Source: a virus
Taxonomy: Duplodnaviria > Caudoviricetes
IMG/VR virus record: IMGVR_UViG_3300017766_005792
Location: 1 to 43,549 of that record
Reading direction: 5' to 3' (one strand)
Length of the DNA: 43,549 bases
Shown: positions 6,399 through 13,401 of the stretch, piece after piece
How positions within the stretch are numbered: the stretch's first letter is position 1
How the letters are laid out: each line of letters begins with the position of its first letter
Program-made: the position numbers and the translations under genes
The notes under the pieces: model-generated
What the model was told of the DNA's origin: nothing
Seen by the model: the letters and a program-made list of their open reading frames with translations, nothing else
Database searches by the model: none

Positions 6399-6925
6399 AG
6401 CAGCTTCCCCCCGTGACGGTGGGGCCGCCCCTTGTTCTTTTCCATCTTCTCAGCCACGGACGGGCGCAGGTCGATACCCATGCTGTCGCATACGGTGAAC
6501 AGGCGCATGACCACGATGGCCAGCTTCCAGTGGAGGACTTCTGGGAACTGGAGGTCCGCCTCCCTGAGGCACTCAACAGCCGAGCTCACGTGTGAGTGAA
6601 TGTCGAGAAGCATCGCCTCGAAGCTGTTGCACTGTGCCACGAACTCCGTCATGGCCGGAAATTCCGTAACTCCAACGGCGCCCATGAGGTCGAACAGGCG
6701 AATAGCCACGTCAGCGAGCTCAACCTTGACGGCAGAGGTAACCCGCTGCAGATCAGCAGTCCACTCGTCGTAGGCTTCGGTAAGCTCCGCGTGTACGAGG
6801 GCGAGCTTTACGGCGATCTCTTGGCGAGACGTCATGGGGAGCTGCTCGCCATCGTGCCAGCCCTTCTCGCAGGCAGTCTGAAACGCCTGAGCAATGCAGT
6901 CTGAAAAATACTGAGTAGAGATCAT
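6395..6925 (-). CDS. MazG-like nucleotide pyrophosphohydrolase with two tandem repeats
   Basis: KGWHD...LALVHAELTEAYDE...ELADVAIRLFD and C-terminal KMEKNKGRPHRHGGK; ATGA overlap at 6922-6925. Confidence 0.8.
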   Translation of the reverse strand: MISTQYFSDCIAQAFQTACEKGWHDGEQLPMTSRQEIAVKLALVHAELTEAYDEWTADLQRVTSAVKVELADVAIRLFDLMGAVGVTEFPAMTEFVAQCNSFEAMLLDIHSHVSSAVECLREADLQFPEVLHWKLAIVVMRLFTVCDSMGIDLRPSVAEKMEKNKGRPHRHGGKLL

Positions 6926-7479
6926 TTGAACCATCCTTTGAAGTCAGATCGGAGGTGGGTAGTCCACACCGCCCAGTCGCTGTGGCGCCCGCCGCGCAGT
7001 TGGGTAACCTGCTTTAGTCGCTGAGGCCTGTTGCGGAGCGCCCACTCAGCCATCAGGTCCGCCCCGAGCAAGTCCATCTCGGCGACAACGCCTCGGACAT
7101 GGTCGATGCCGGAGATGTAGTTGCAGATGGAGGCAGCCAAGGTCTGTGGTTCCCATTCGGGCTTGGCCTCGAGCATCTCATCGAGGTACTTTGGTTCGTC
7201 GAAGATGGCCACTGCCATCATCGACTGAAACGGCAGCACGGGCACCATGCCCTCAACCTCCCAAGGCTTCTTGGTGTAGAACTGACCTTGGCCACGAAGG
7301 AGAGTTACCCAGTAAGCCGTGCAAGTGTAGTCCCACGGCTTCTTGAAGCCGCCCAGGTACGGGCACGCAGCGCCCTCCCGCTCTACGTTCTCGCACATCG
7401 CGCGGTACTCCTCGGCTAGTTCCCTCGGAGTACGTAGCGGTACGTCCCACCAGCTGTGCTCGATCAGTTCGTTGGACAT
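6922..7479 (-). CDS. Hypothetical protein (185 aa)
   Basis: SD AGGAG; operon packing. Confidence 0.8.
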   Translation of the reverse strand: MSNELIEHSWWDVPLRTPRELAEEYRAMCENVEREGAACPYLGGFKKPWDYTCTAYWVTLLRGQGQFYTKKPWEVEGMVPVLPFQSMMAVAIFDEPKYLDEMLEAKPEWEPQTLAASICNYISGIDHVRGVVAEMDLLGADLMAEWALRNRPQRLKQVTQLRGGRHSDWAVWTTHLRSDFKGWFK

Positions 7480-7688
7480 ATTTCTCCTGCTTGATAATTC
7501 GCCAGCATGTCATTGCGGTATTGCTTCCAGCACTCGGGGCACACGCCCTTGGGGCGTGGCTCGCCGGGTGACCACAGGTCAGGGACGGTGCAGTCTGGGT
7601 CGTCGCGCCCGCACAGCGTGATGAAGCTGTCGGTCAACTCGTAGCGCGCGTTGCCCCACGTCAGGCACTTGGTCTTGCGCTTGCTCAC
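7464..7688 (-). CDS. Small Cys-containing hypothetical protein (possible Zn finger)
   Basis: GTG start with SD GGAGG and GTGA overlap; TLCG...VCPEC. Confidence 0.65.
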   Translation of the reverse strand: MSKRKTKCLTWGNARYELTDSFITLCGRDDPDCTVPDLWSPGEPRPKGVCPECWKQYRNDMLANYQAGEICPTN

Positions 7689-7978
7689 AACGTTTCCTCC
7701 ACCTCCACGTTGTCGACAAGACGACCGCCCGCCCGGCGGATGTCCACATTCGCCGTGCCGCACATCAGCTTGACCAACAGGTTGATCAGGCGCGCAGTCT
7801 GGGCGTCATCGTCGGTCCACCAGATGCTCTTGTACCCGCCCTCGGGCAGCAACATGACCAACCACAGGCCGGGGAGGCGGTTGGCGTACTTGGCTGCGTT
7901 GAGCAGCTCGGTAGCTTCGTGAATGGTTTGCAGCCGCTGCTGTCCGATGGTCTCTGGCTGCTGGTCAATGTCGCTCAT
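7685..7978 (-). CDS. Hypothetical protein (97 aa)
   Basis: ATGA overlap; SD GGAG. Confidence 0.75.
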   Translation of the reverse strand: MSDIDQQPETIGQQRLQTIHEATELLNAAKYANRLPGLWLVMLLPEGGYKSIWWTDDDAQTARLINLLVKLMCGTANVDIRRAGGRLVDNVEVEETL

Positions 7979-8367
7979 ACCTTCTCCTTCTGCTCGAAGC
8001 TCTGTGCTTCAGTCAAAGTGCTTATCTGCCCGTCAGGGTGCAGGGTTATGGTTACGAGATTAATCTTTTCGTACCTACCCTTACGTTTAATGTGAATATT
8101 ACTGATCGTCCTCAGCGCCAGACCACGGTCATAGAAGGACATCGGATAAGACTCGAAGTCCTGCTCAAGGAAGTGAAATTCGCCGCTCGTCTCCCGCCCG
8201 CTGACAGTGATCATGTACAGATTAACCATTAGGACCTCGCAGCCTTCAATGTTGTCCTCCTCAGCGTACTGGCAGCCGACCGAGCACCACAGGCGCCCGT
8301 GCTCGTTGTGCGTGCTCATGAAGCGCTTGCCGCACCCGACGCACGCCACGTAGTAGAGGCTGGTCAT
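7975..8367 (-). CDS. Hypothetical protein with N-terminal CxxC...CSxxC zinc finger
   Basis: CVGCGKRF...WCSVGC; ATG at 8367 overlaps the upstream stop. Confidence 0.7.
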   Translation of the reverse strand: MTSLYYVACVGCGKRFMSTHNEHGRLWCSVGCQYAEEDNIEGCEVLMVNLYMITVSGRETSGEFHFLEQDFESYPMSFYDRGLALRTISNIHIKRKGRYEKINLVTITLHPDGQISTLTEAQSFEQKEKV

Positions 8368-8561
8368 CCTTCCTTGCCCTCCACGAGCAGCCATGCACGC
8401 ATGGCCCCCGAGTCACGCTTGTGTACGACGTACATGGCCTTGTGCTCGGGCCAGCCAAGGACGACGCAGTCCTCCTTGGGGACACCGGGCAGCTGCAGGC
8501 AGGTGGCCATCTGGTCGACGGGGATGGGCAGGTTCACGCGGACGTGGTGCGGTGCTTTCAT
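8364..8561 (-). CDS. Hypothetical protein (65 aa, MKAPHH...)
   Basis: ATGA overlaps; SD GAGGAG. Confidence 0.65.
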   Translation of the reverse strand: MKAPHHVRVNLPIPVDQMATCLQLPGVPKEDCVVLGWPEHKAMYVVHKRDSGAMRAWLLVEGKEG

Positions 8562-8926
8562 TTGGTGGTCTCCTCGCGCAGGCGGTGCAGGAACTTGCGG
8601 GCGATGTCCAAGGCTGAGGGGTACGTGACGTAGGTCAGCTTGAGCTTTTTCCACATCTCCCACTGCGCCAGCGTGAACTCCTTGTCCTTGGGGTCCAGTG
8701 CCTTGCTGGCCTCGACGATCATGTGGGCCAGTTGGTCCTCGTGCAGCGAGCAGGCTGCCTCGAAGGCAGCCGCGTCAGGGGCCACGAGGCTGCGGCTGCT
8801 CCTGCCGCCTGGCTTGACGCTCACGAGGTAGTGCCCCTCGGGCCAAGAGTCCCACTGCTCTCGCTCGCTCACGGGCACGTAGCGCACCCGCTTGCCGTCC
8901 ATCACCCTCTCGTACAGCGTAGTCAT
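8558..8926 (-). CDS. Hypothetical phage protein (122 aa)
   Basis: SD GAGG; GC3-biased codons; first gene after a promoter. Confidence 0.8.
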   Translation of the reverse strand: MTTLYERVMDGKRVRYVPVSEREQWDSWPEGHYLVSVKPGGRSSRSLVAPDAAAFEAACSLHEDQLAHMIVEASKALDPKDKEFTLAQWEMWKKLKLTYVTYPSALDIARKFLHRLREETTK

Positions 8927-8939
8927 GGTCGCCTCACTC

Positions 8940-8988
8940 AGTAAACGATCGCTTATTTAGCTCTGACGCTAGTAAACGATCGCTTACT
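8940..8988. promoter_or_regulatory. Duplicated imperfect palindrome AGTAAACGATCGCTTA(T/C)T, putative operator pair
   Basis: Identical 16-mers at 8940-8955 and 8971-8986, 31 bp apart, between the promoter and the start codon. Confidence 0.7.
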
Positions 8989-9012
8989 ACGTCAGCCGTC
9001 GCTTCACGAGTA

Positions 9013-9040
9013 AGTTTAGTGTTGTTTTTTCAGGATGCAA
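9013..9040 (-). promoter_or_regulatory. sigma70-type promoter TTGCAT-N16-TAAACT
   Basis: Hexamers read directly; lies immediately after a terminator. Confidence 0.6.
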
Positions 9041-9042
9041 GT

Positions 9043-9068
9043 AAAAAAGGGTGCCGCGAGCACCCTTT
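9043..9068 (-). terminator. Intrinsic terminator
   Basis: AAAGGGTGC-5 nt-GCACCC followed by TTTTTT on the minus strand. Confidence 0.8.
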
Positions 9069-9118
9069 CCGAGACGCCTTTCCCTAGTCACCCACCGCTC
9101 GCGGCGATGGGATCGCCC

Positions 9119-9532
9119 TCACTGTGAGGACTTCGGACCCAAACTTTCGGAGGAGGGGTCCGCATTCTCAGTATGCTTCAAGAGCCAGAGCTGGAACAAG
9201 AGACAGCACACCTCGTGAGCAAGGTGTGAGACTCCGGTCTCCGGGTCGTTGGCCTCCCCTTGCAGGCGAGCCACCCGGTGACGGAATCCAGCCGCCTCGT
9301 AGCGCTGCATGGCGTCGGGCACGTGCTTCCAGTTGTCGCGCTCGTACTTCTTCAGGCCGTAGGCCAGGACCTTGACGACTTCTTCGAGCGAGTCCCAGGG
9401 CAGCAGCGTGTAGTCCAGCTTGCCTGCGTCGAACTTGCGACCCTTTACCTCGGGCGGCTGAGGCTCTGCGTAGAACTCCTGCAGTACGGTCCGATAAAGC
9501 TCGGTCAGGTCTGGTCGTCCGTTGTACGTCAT
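9119..9532 (-). CDS. dATP/dGTP diphosphohydrolase domain protein (DUF5664-like)
   Basis: GRKFDAGKLDYTLLP...YGLKKYERDNW...DPETGVSHLAH; ATG at 9532 overlaps the upstream stop. Confidence 0.85.
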   Translation of the reverse strand: MTYNGRPDLTELYRTVLQEFYAEPQPPEVKGRKFDAGKLDYTLLPWDSLEEVVKVLAYGLKKYERDNWKHVPDAMQRYEAAGFRHRVARLQGEANDPETGVSHLAHEVCCLLFQLWLLKHTENADPSSESLGPKSSQ

Positions 9533-10398
9533 GGTTCCACCGACCAGTGAAAGGTGAGAGCCTTCTCCACTTCGCCGAACCCGAGGTGGCGCAGCATGCG
9601 CCAGCCACACCCCTTGGACTCAGGGTCATCTCCGAACTCGGACATGGAAGCGCCGACCGTCAGGGCGTTCATGGGCTCGAAGTAGTTCGTCCAAAAAGCC
9701 ACGTGCTCGAACGGCCCAAGGTGCCCCTCGTCCCACAGGGACTTGAGCTTGCCCATGAACTCCTCGGACACGTCCTCGCGCAGGTAGCTGTCGCGCGCAG
9801 CGCGGGCCACAGCGTAGTAGACGTCCGCCATCTTCGGGTCCGTGCCCTCGAAGTATGGAATGTGAAAGCCACGCGCGACCGGCGTGCTGCCGTTGATGGC
9901 CTCCTTGATGGCCACCGCCAACGCGCGCATCTCCGGCTGTACCTCGTGCTCGACGTCGCGCTGCCGGATCAGGTGCTGAAACGCCTCGACCGCGCCGGTC
10001 ATGGTGCAGCGCGTGATGAGAAAGGGCTCCAGGTAGCGGTTGGCGTGCTGCTTGTGGACGCCGAGCTCGCCCAGCTGCGCCACGAGACGCTTGGACGCCT
10101 CAAGGTGGGCCTCGATGAGGTCCAACGCCAGAGCGTTGTCGTACTCGCTCAATTCCTCCTTGGAGCCCATCCCAGGCTGGTTCTTGCTCAACTTCTCCGG
10201 GACGTAGAAAGCTCCGCCCTCCATGAGCTCAAGCTGCCGCTTGACCGGGATGGCCCGGCTGCTTGAGGTGCTCTTGCGGATGAGCCCGTAGGTCATCACC
10301 TGCGGGTGGATGAAGCGCGGGTAGTCGCAGGACAGCGTCAGGATGCGCCGCCCTTGGCAGATGGAATCAGCAGCAACACGAACTTTGATTACGCTCAT
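9529..10398 (-). CDS. thyX: Phage-type FAD-dependent thymidylate synthase (ThyX/Thy1)-like protein with atypical motif
   Basis: YPRFIH...SSSRAIPV, HKQHANRYLEPF, QPEMRALA and HLGPFEHVA match the phage Thy1 subfamily. Confidence 0.8.
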   Translation of the reverse strand: MSVIKVRVAADSICQGRRILTLSCDYPRFIHPQVMTYGLIRKSTSSSRAIPVKRQLELMEGGAFYVPEKLSKNQPGMGSKEELSEYDNALALDLIEAHLEASKRLVAQLGELGVHKQHANRYLEPFLITRCTMTGAVEAFQHLIRQRDVEHEVQPEMRALAVAIKEAINGSTPVARGFHIPYFEGTDPKMADVYYAVARAARDSYLREDVSEEFMGKLKSLWDEGHLGPFEHVAFWTNYFEPMNALTVGASMSEFGDDPESKGCGWRMLRHLGFGEVEKALTFHWSVEP

Positions 10399-10952
10399 TT
10401 CGGTATCCTTATGGAGGAGACGATCATAAGACGAGTTCCACCCCTCGGGGTGGTACGCTCTACCAGCTTGAAGTCGATGACGGACTTGAGCCTACCCGAG
10501 GACCTAGCACACTGCATGGTGGCGAACTTGCACCCGGCGGCATCGGCCAGCTCCCTGACAGTCATTCCCACCTTGGCGACTCGCGCGATCCTTTCGGGGT
10601 CGATGATGGGGCCAACCTTCACTTTGTAGCCGTAGTACCGGGCGCGGCGCTGCAGGTCTTTGGGTGTGACCCCAAACTTCTTGGCGATGCTCGCCAGGTT
10701 GGCGTACGAAGGAGTTGGCACCTTGGCCAAGGCCTTCTTGATGTTTGTCCTGCGCTTCCTTAGCGCATCGAAGTAGCGGCCGAGAAGTTCTGGGTAGTGT
10801 GTGCGGAGTCCACCGTGCAGCTTATCTCGTGTCAGATCCTCCATCGCGGCCCAGTTGTCGAACGGGATCGGGGCGTCGTAGCCGATCTTCAAGGACGCAA
10901 GGTGTTCCTCCATCTGAGGAACGAGGCGGTCGAGCACAGCCTTTTTAGTCAT
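10395..10952 (-). CDS. Putative DNA-binding protein, paralog B (two HTH-like segments)
   Basis: LASIAKKFGVTPKDL and GMTVRELADAAGC; aligns by eye with 10949..11497. Confidence 0.7.
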   Translation of the reverse strand: MTKKAVLDRLVPQMEEHLASLKIGYDAPIPFDNWAAMEDLTRDKLHGGLRTHYPELLGRYFDALRKRRTNIKKALAKVPTPSYANLASIAKKFGVTPKDLQRRARYYGYKVKVGPIIDPERIARVAKVGMTVRELADAAGCKFATMQCARSSGRLKSVIDFKLVERTTPRGGTRLMIVSSIRIPK

Positions 10953-11497
10953 TTCTTCCTCTTCAGTTTGACTATCACAAGTCGCTTCCTGCGACCTCGA
11001 GGAGTCTCCGTCCACCGCAGGTCGAACACTATCTTCCCATTGAACCGGTCGCGCGGGATCAGATTGGCTAGCGAGTGCTTTTTGTAGCCCGCTGCGTCAG
11101 CTAGCTCGTCTAGGGTCATGCCAAGTTGCGCGACCGCCAAGCACTTCCTGATGGATATTTTCTGCTTCCGGGTGGACGACGGGAGGCCCAAGCGCTGAGC
11201 TTTGTTGCGGACCGTCTTCTCCAAGGCGCCGAACCTATCGGCGATCTCCCTGATGTAGACGATGTCGTTGATACCTGCTTCTCGCAGGGCATCGTGAATG
11301 GCCTCGTGCCACGCCCTTGAGGCAGCGAAGTAGCGCTTCAAGATAGGTGCGTAGGGTTTTCTCCGCCCCCGTTCGAAGAAGTCTCGGTACGTCATGTCCG
11401 CCATCGCGGCCCAGTTATCCAAGCGAATGGGTGGATCGTCCGGGCCCTTCTGGTCGACCCATTCTGAGAGCTCCTGAATTACTTCTTCGAAGGTCAT
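10949..11497 (-). CDS. Putative DNA-binding protein, paralog A (two HTH-like segments)
   Basis: IREIADRFGALEKTVRNKA and GMTLDELADAAGY. Confidence 0.75.
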   Translation of the reverse strand: MTFEEVIQELSEWVDQKGPDDPPIRLDNWAAMADMTYRDFFERGRRKPYAPILKRYFAASRAWHEAIHDALREAGINDIVYIREIADRFGALEKTVRNKAQRLGLPSSTRKQKISIRKCLAVAQLGMTLDELADAAGYKKHSLANLIPRDRFNGKIVFDLRWTETPRGRRKRLVIVKLKRKK

Positions 11498-12300
11498 TTC
11501 TTCTCCAAGAGGCGACCTGTCAGCAGCGCGAGCTCGTGCAGGTTTGAGTATTTGAAGTTGATATGGCCGGAGCGACCGGTCGGTGCGACGCTGACCTCAG
11601 CCCCGAACCGCTCACCTAGCTTGCGTGAGATCAAGTCGAACAGGCTCTTGTACGGGCTCTCGCCTGCCAGCCTGTTCTCCTTGTGCTTCTTCTCTTTCGC
11701 ACCCTTCTTAGCCTGCCGGACCCACGCCTCGGCGTCGAGGGTCCCCATCCCCTTTAGCATCAGGGAGACGAGCTCGTTGCGAAGCGGGCCGTCGTCGATC
11801 GTCAGGCAGATTCGCGCTTGGCGTGCCGTGAGGTCGCCGCTGATGACCAGCCGCTGGTGCTCATCCGAAAGGGTAAGCAGTCGGAAGCTGTTGGAGACGT
11901 AGGGGGCTGACTTGCCTATCAGGTCAGCGATCTGCGACGGCGGGTACTGGTGCTCGTCGCGGAGTCGGCGCAGCGCCAGGGCTTCCTCGATAGGGTTCAG
12001 GTTGGACCGCTGCGCGTTCTCGATGACGGCCACCTCGAAGGCTGAGGTGTCGTCAAAGTCCCTAATGATGACAGGGACGTGCGTCAGCCCAGCCATCTTC
12101 GAGGCGCGCCACCGTCGCTCACCGGCCACGATTTCGAGCTTGGACCTGCGGCGCCTGACGAGAATCGGGAGCAGCACGCCCTTGCTGGCGATGGACTGAG
12201 AGAGGGCCTTGAGCTCCTCCTCGTCGAAGTGCTGCCGTGGCTGCGCCGGGTCTGGGTGCAGGTCATCTACGGGACAGGAGATAAGGATCGGCTCGGACAT
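11494..12300 (-). CDS. parB: ParB/Spo0J family protein
   Basis: QPRQHFDEEEL..L..SI...GVLLPILVR, IVAGERRWRA, ENAQRSNLNPIEEA, HTH and C-terminal dimerisation region. Confidence 0.95.
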   Translation of the reverse strand: MSEPILISCPVDDLHPDPAQPRQHFDEEELKALSQSIASKGVLLPILVRRRRSKLEIVAGERRWRASKMAGLTHVPVIIRDFDDTSAFEVAVIENAQRSNLNPIEEALALRRLRDEHQYPPSQIADLIGKSAPYVSNSFRLLTLSDEHQRLVISGDLTARQARICLTIDDGPLRNELVSLMLKGMGTLDAEAWVRQAKKGAKEKKHKENRLAGESPYKSLFDLISRKLGERFGAEVSVAPTGRSGHINFKYSNLHELALLTGRLLEKK

Positions 12301-12306
12301 GGGAGG

Positions 12307-12335
12307 ATCGTGCCCTCTTTCTAGTGGTCATGCAA
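12307..12335 (-). promoter_or_regulatory. Possible parB promoter TTGCAT-N17-CACGAT (leaderless)
   Basis: -10 ends 6 nt before the parB ATG; no SD visible. Confidence 0.4.
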
Positions 12336-12545
12336 GCTGAAACTGCAACCTGAAAACTTAGTTGCTGCCGTTGCAGATCTTTCCGCAATCCGAACAGCGC
12401 CAGAGGGGGCCGCTCTCTGTGGAGGGTCTGTACCTCTGTAAAGTATTACGCTTGCAATGCTCGCAGTAGTGAACTCGCTCTCCGTCGTCACCGAACTTGA
12501 ATGAATGCGACTTGTACACGGTAGACCTCCAGATAAACCTAACGG

Positions 12546-12574
12546 TTGCGAAATCTTTCTCACTATCCTAGTGT
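12546..12574 (+). promoter_or_regulatory. Possible promoter TTGCGA-N17-TAGTGT (leaderless)
   Basis: -10 ends 7 nt before ATG 12582; no SD visible. Confidence 0.45.
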
Positions 12575-12581
12575 GTTCGCC

Positions 12582-13370
12582 ATGTCTAAGCGCAGCAAGG
12601 CCAGGAAGTCAGGCGAGTATGTAGGTGGAAGGCCTTGGCCTGCTGTCTGCCCCAAGTGCAGATACTGCGGAGGCTCTCCGCCCAAGCTTTTCTACCGCGC
12701 CCGGGGCCTTTGTAACATCTGCTACAAGGAAATAAAGAACACAGACGAGATCGATGAGTACGAGCCACTGCCTGAGGTTTGCTCGGATATCAGCCTGCGA
12801 TCACTGCAAAAGAGCCCCAAGAAATGGCTGCAGAAGGAGATGGGTAGGAGCCACGCCGACAAATATCCGGACGACAGGGTCTTGGAAGAAGCCATGCGCG
12901 TGTTCCAGCTGGCCGTGAGCCGCTGGTACGGTGATGAGACTCCGCCCGTTACAAGCTACGACCCAGTTCCCGTCGAGGACGTCATCTGGAATAATCCAGA
13001 GGCTGACCCGGGCCCGATGTCCATTGAGGACGCCATCGTCCTGAAGAACGCGACCAAGTCCAAGCTCGCCGTGAGGCGCCGCAACGCAGCCCTTTCCTTC
13101 TGGAAAGAGGTTGGGCTAGCAGCCCATAGCGCCGTCAGGAGCTACAACCCGACCATCCGTAGGCCCAAGATCTCCTGCCTCGGAGACTCCGTAACGGCCA
13201 CTTGGGGCATCGGGACTCTGTACCTTTCGGTTACATCGATGGCCGGCGACGTTTTTGTCGTCCTGGAGCGAGAAGACCGGGTTCTTCTGGAAGAAGATTT
13301 CAGGCCAAGCCGGATAGGCTACATTCTGAATGCAGCCTCCAACTTTCAGAAGGTAGACCGGAGTCGTTGA
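12582..13370 (+). CDS. Hypothetical protein with N-terminal Cys-rich Zn finger
   Basis: CPKCRYC...ARGLCNICY; ATG at 12582 preferred over the TTG at 12546. Confidence 0.75.
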   Translation: MSKRSKARKSGEYVGGRPWPAVCPKCRYCGGSPPKLFYRARGLCNICYKEIKNTDEIDEYEPLPEVCSDISLRSLQKSPKKWLQKEMGRSHADKYPDDRVLEEAMRVFQLAVSRWYGDETPPVTSYDPVPVEDVIWNNPEADPGPMSIEDAIVLKNATKSKLAVRRRNAALSFWKEVGLAAHSAVRSYNPTIRRPKISCLGDSVTATWGIGTLYLSVTSMAGDVFVVLEREDRVLLEEDFRPSRIGYILNAASNFQKVDRSR

Positions 13371-13401
13371 CTCCTACGAACAGGAAAGGCAGATCTGCAC
13401 C

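Noticed and set aside
6292-6576. 94-aa minus-strand ORF in the track
   Set aside because: Out-of-frame overlap with the MazG-like gene; the gap is better explained by the 45-aa ORF 6261-6398 with coupled start and stop.
6395-10398. Z-genome (2-aminoadenine) pathway
   Set aside because: No purZ in the window; MazG-like and DUF5664-like genes alone are widespread and not diagnostic.
12321-12563. 80-aa minus-strand ORF in the divergent region
   Set aside because: No SD, atypical codons, and overlap with both putative promoters.
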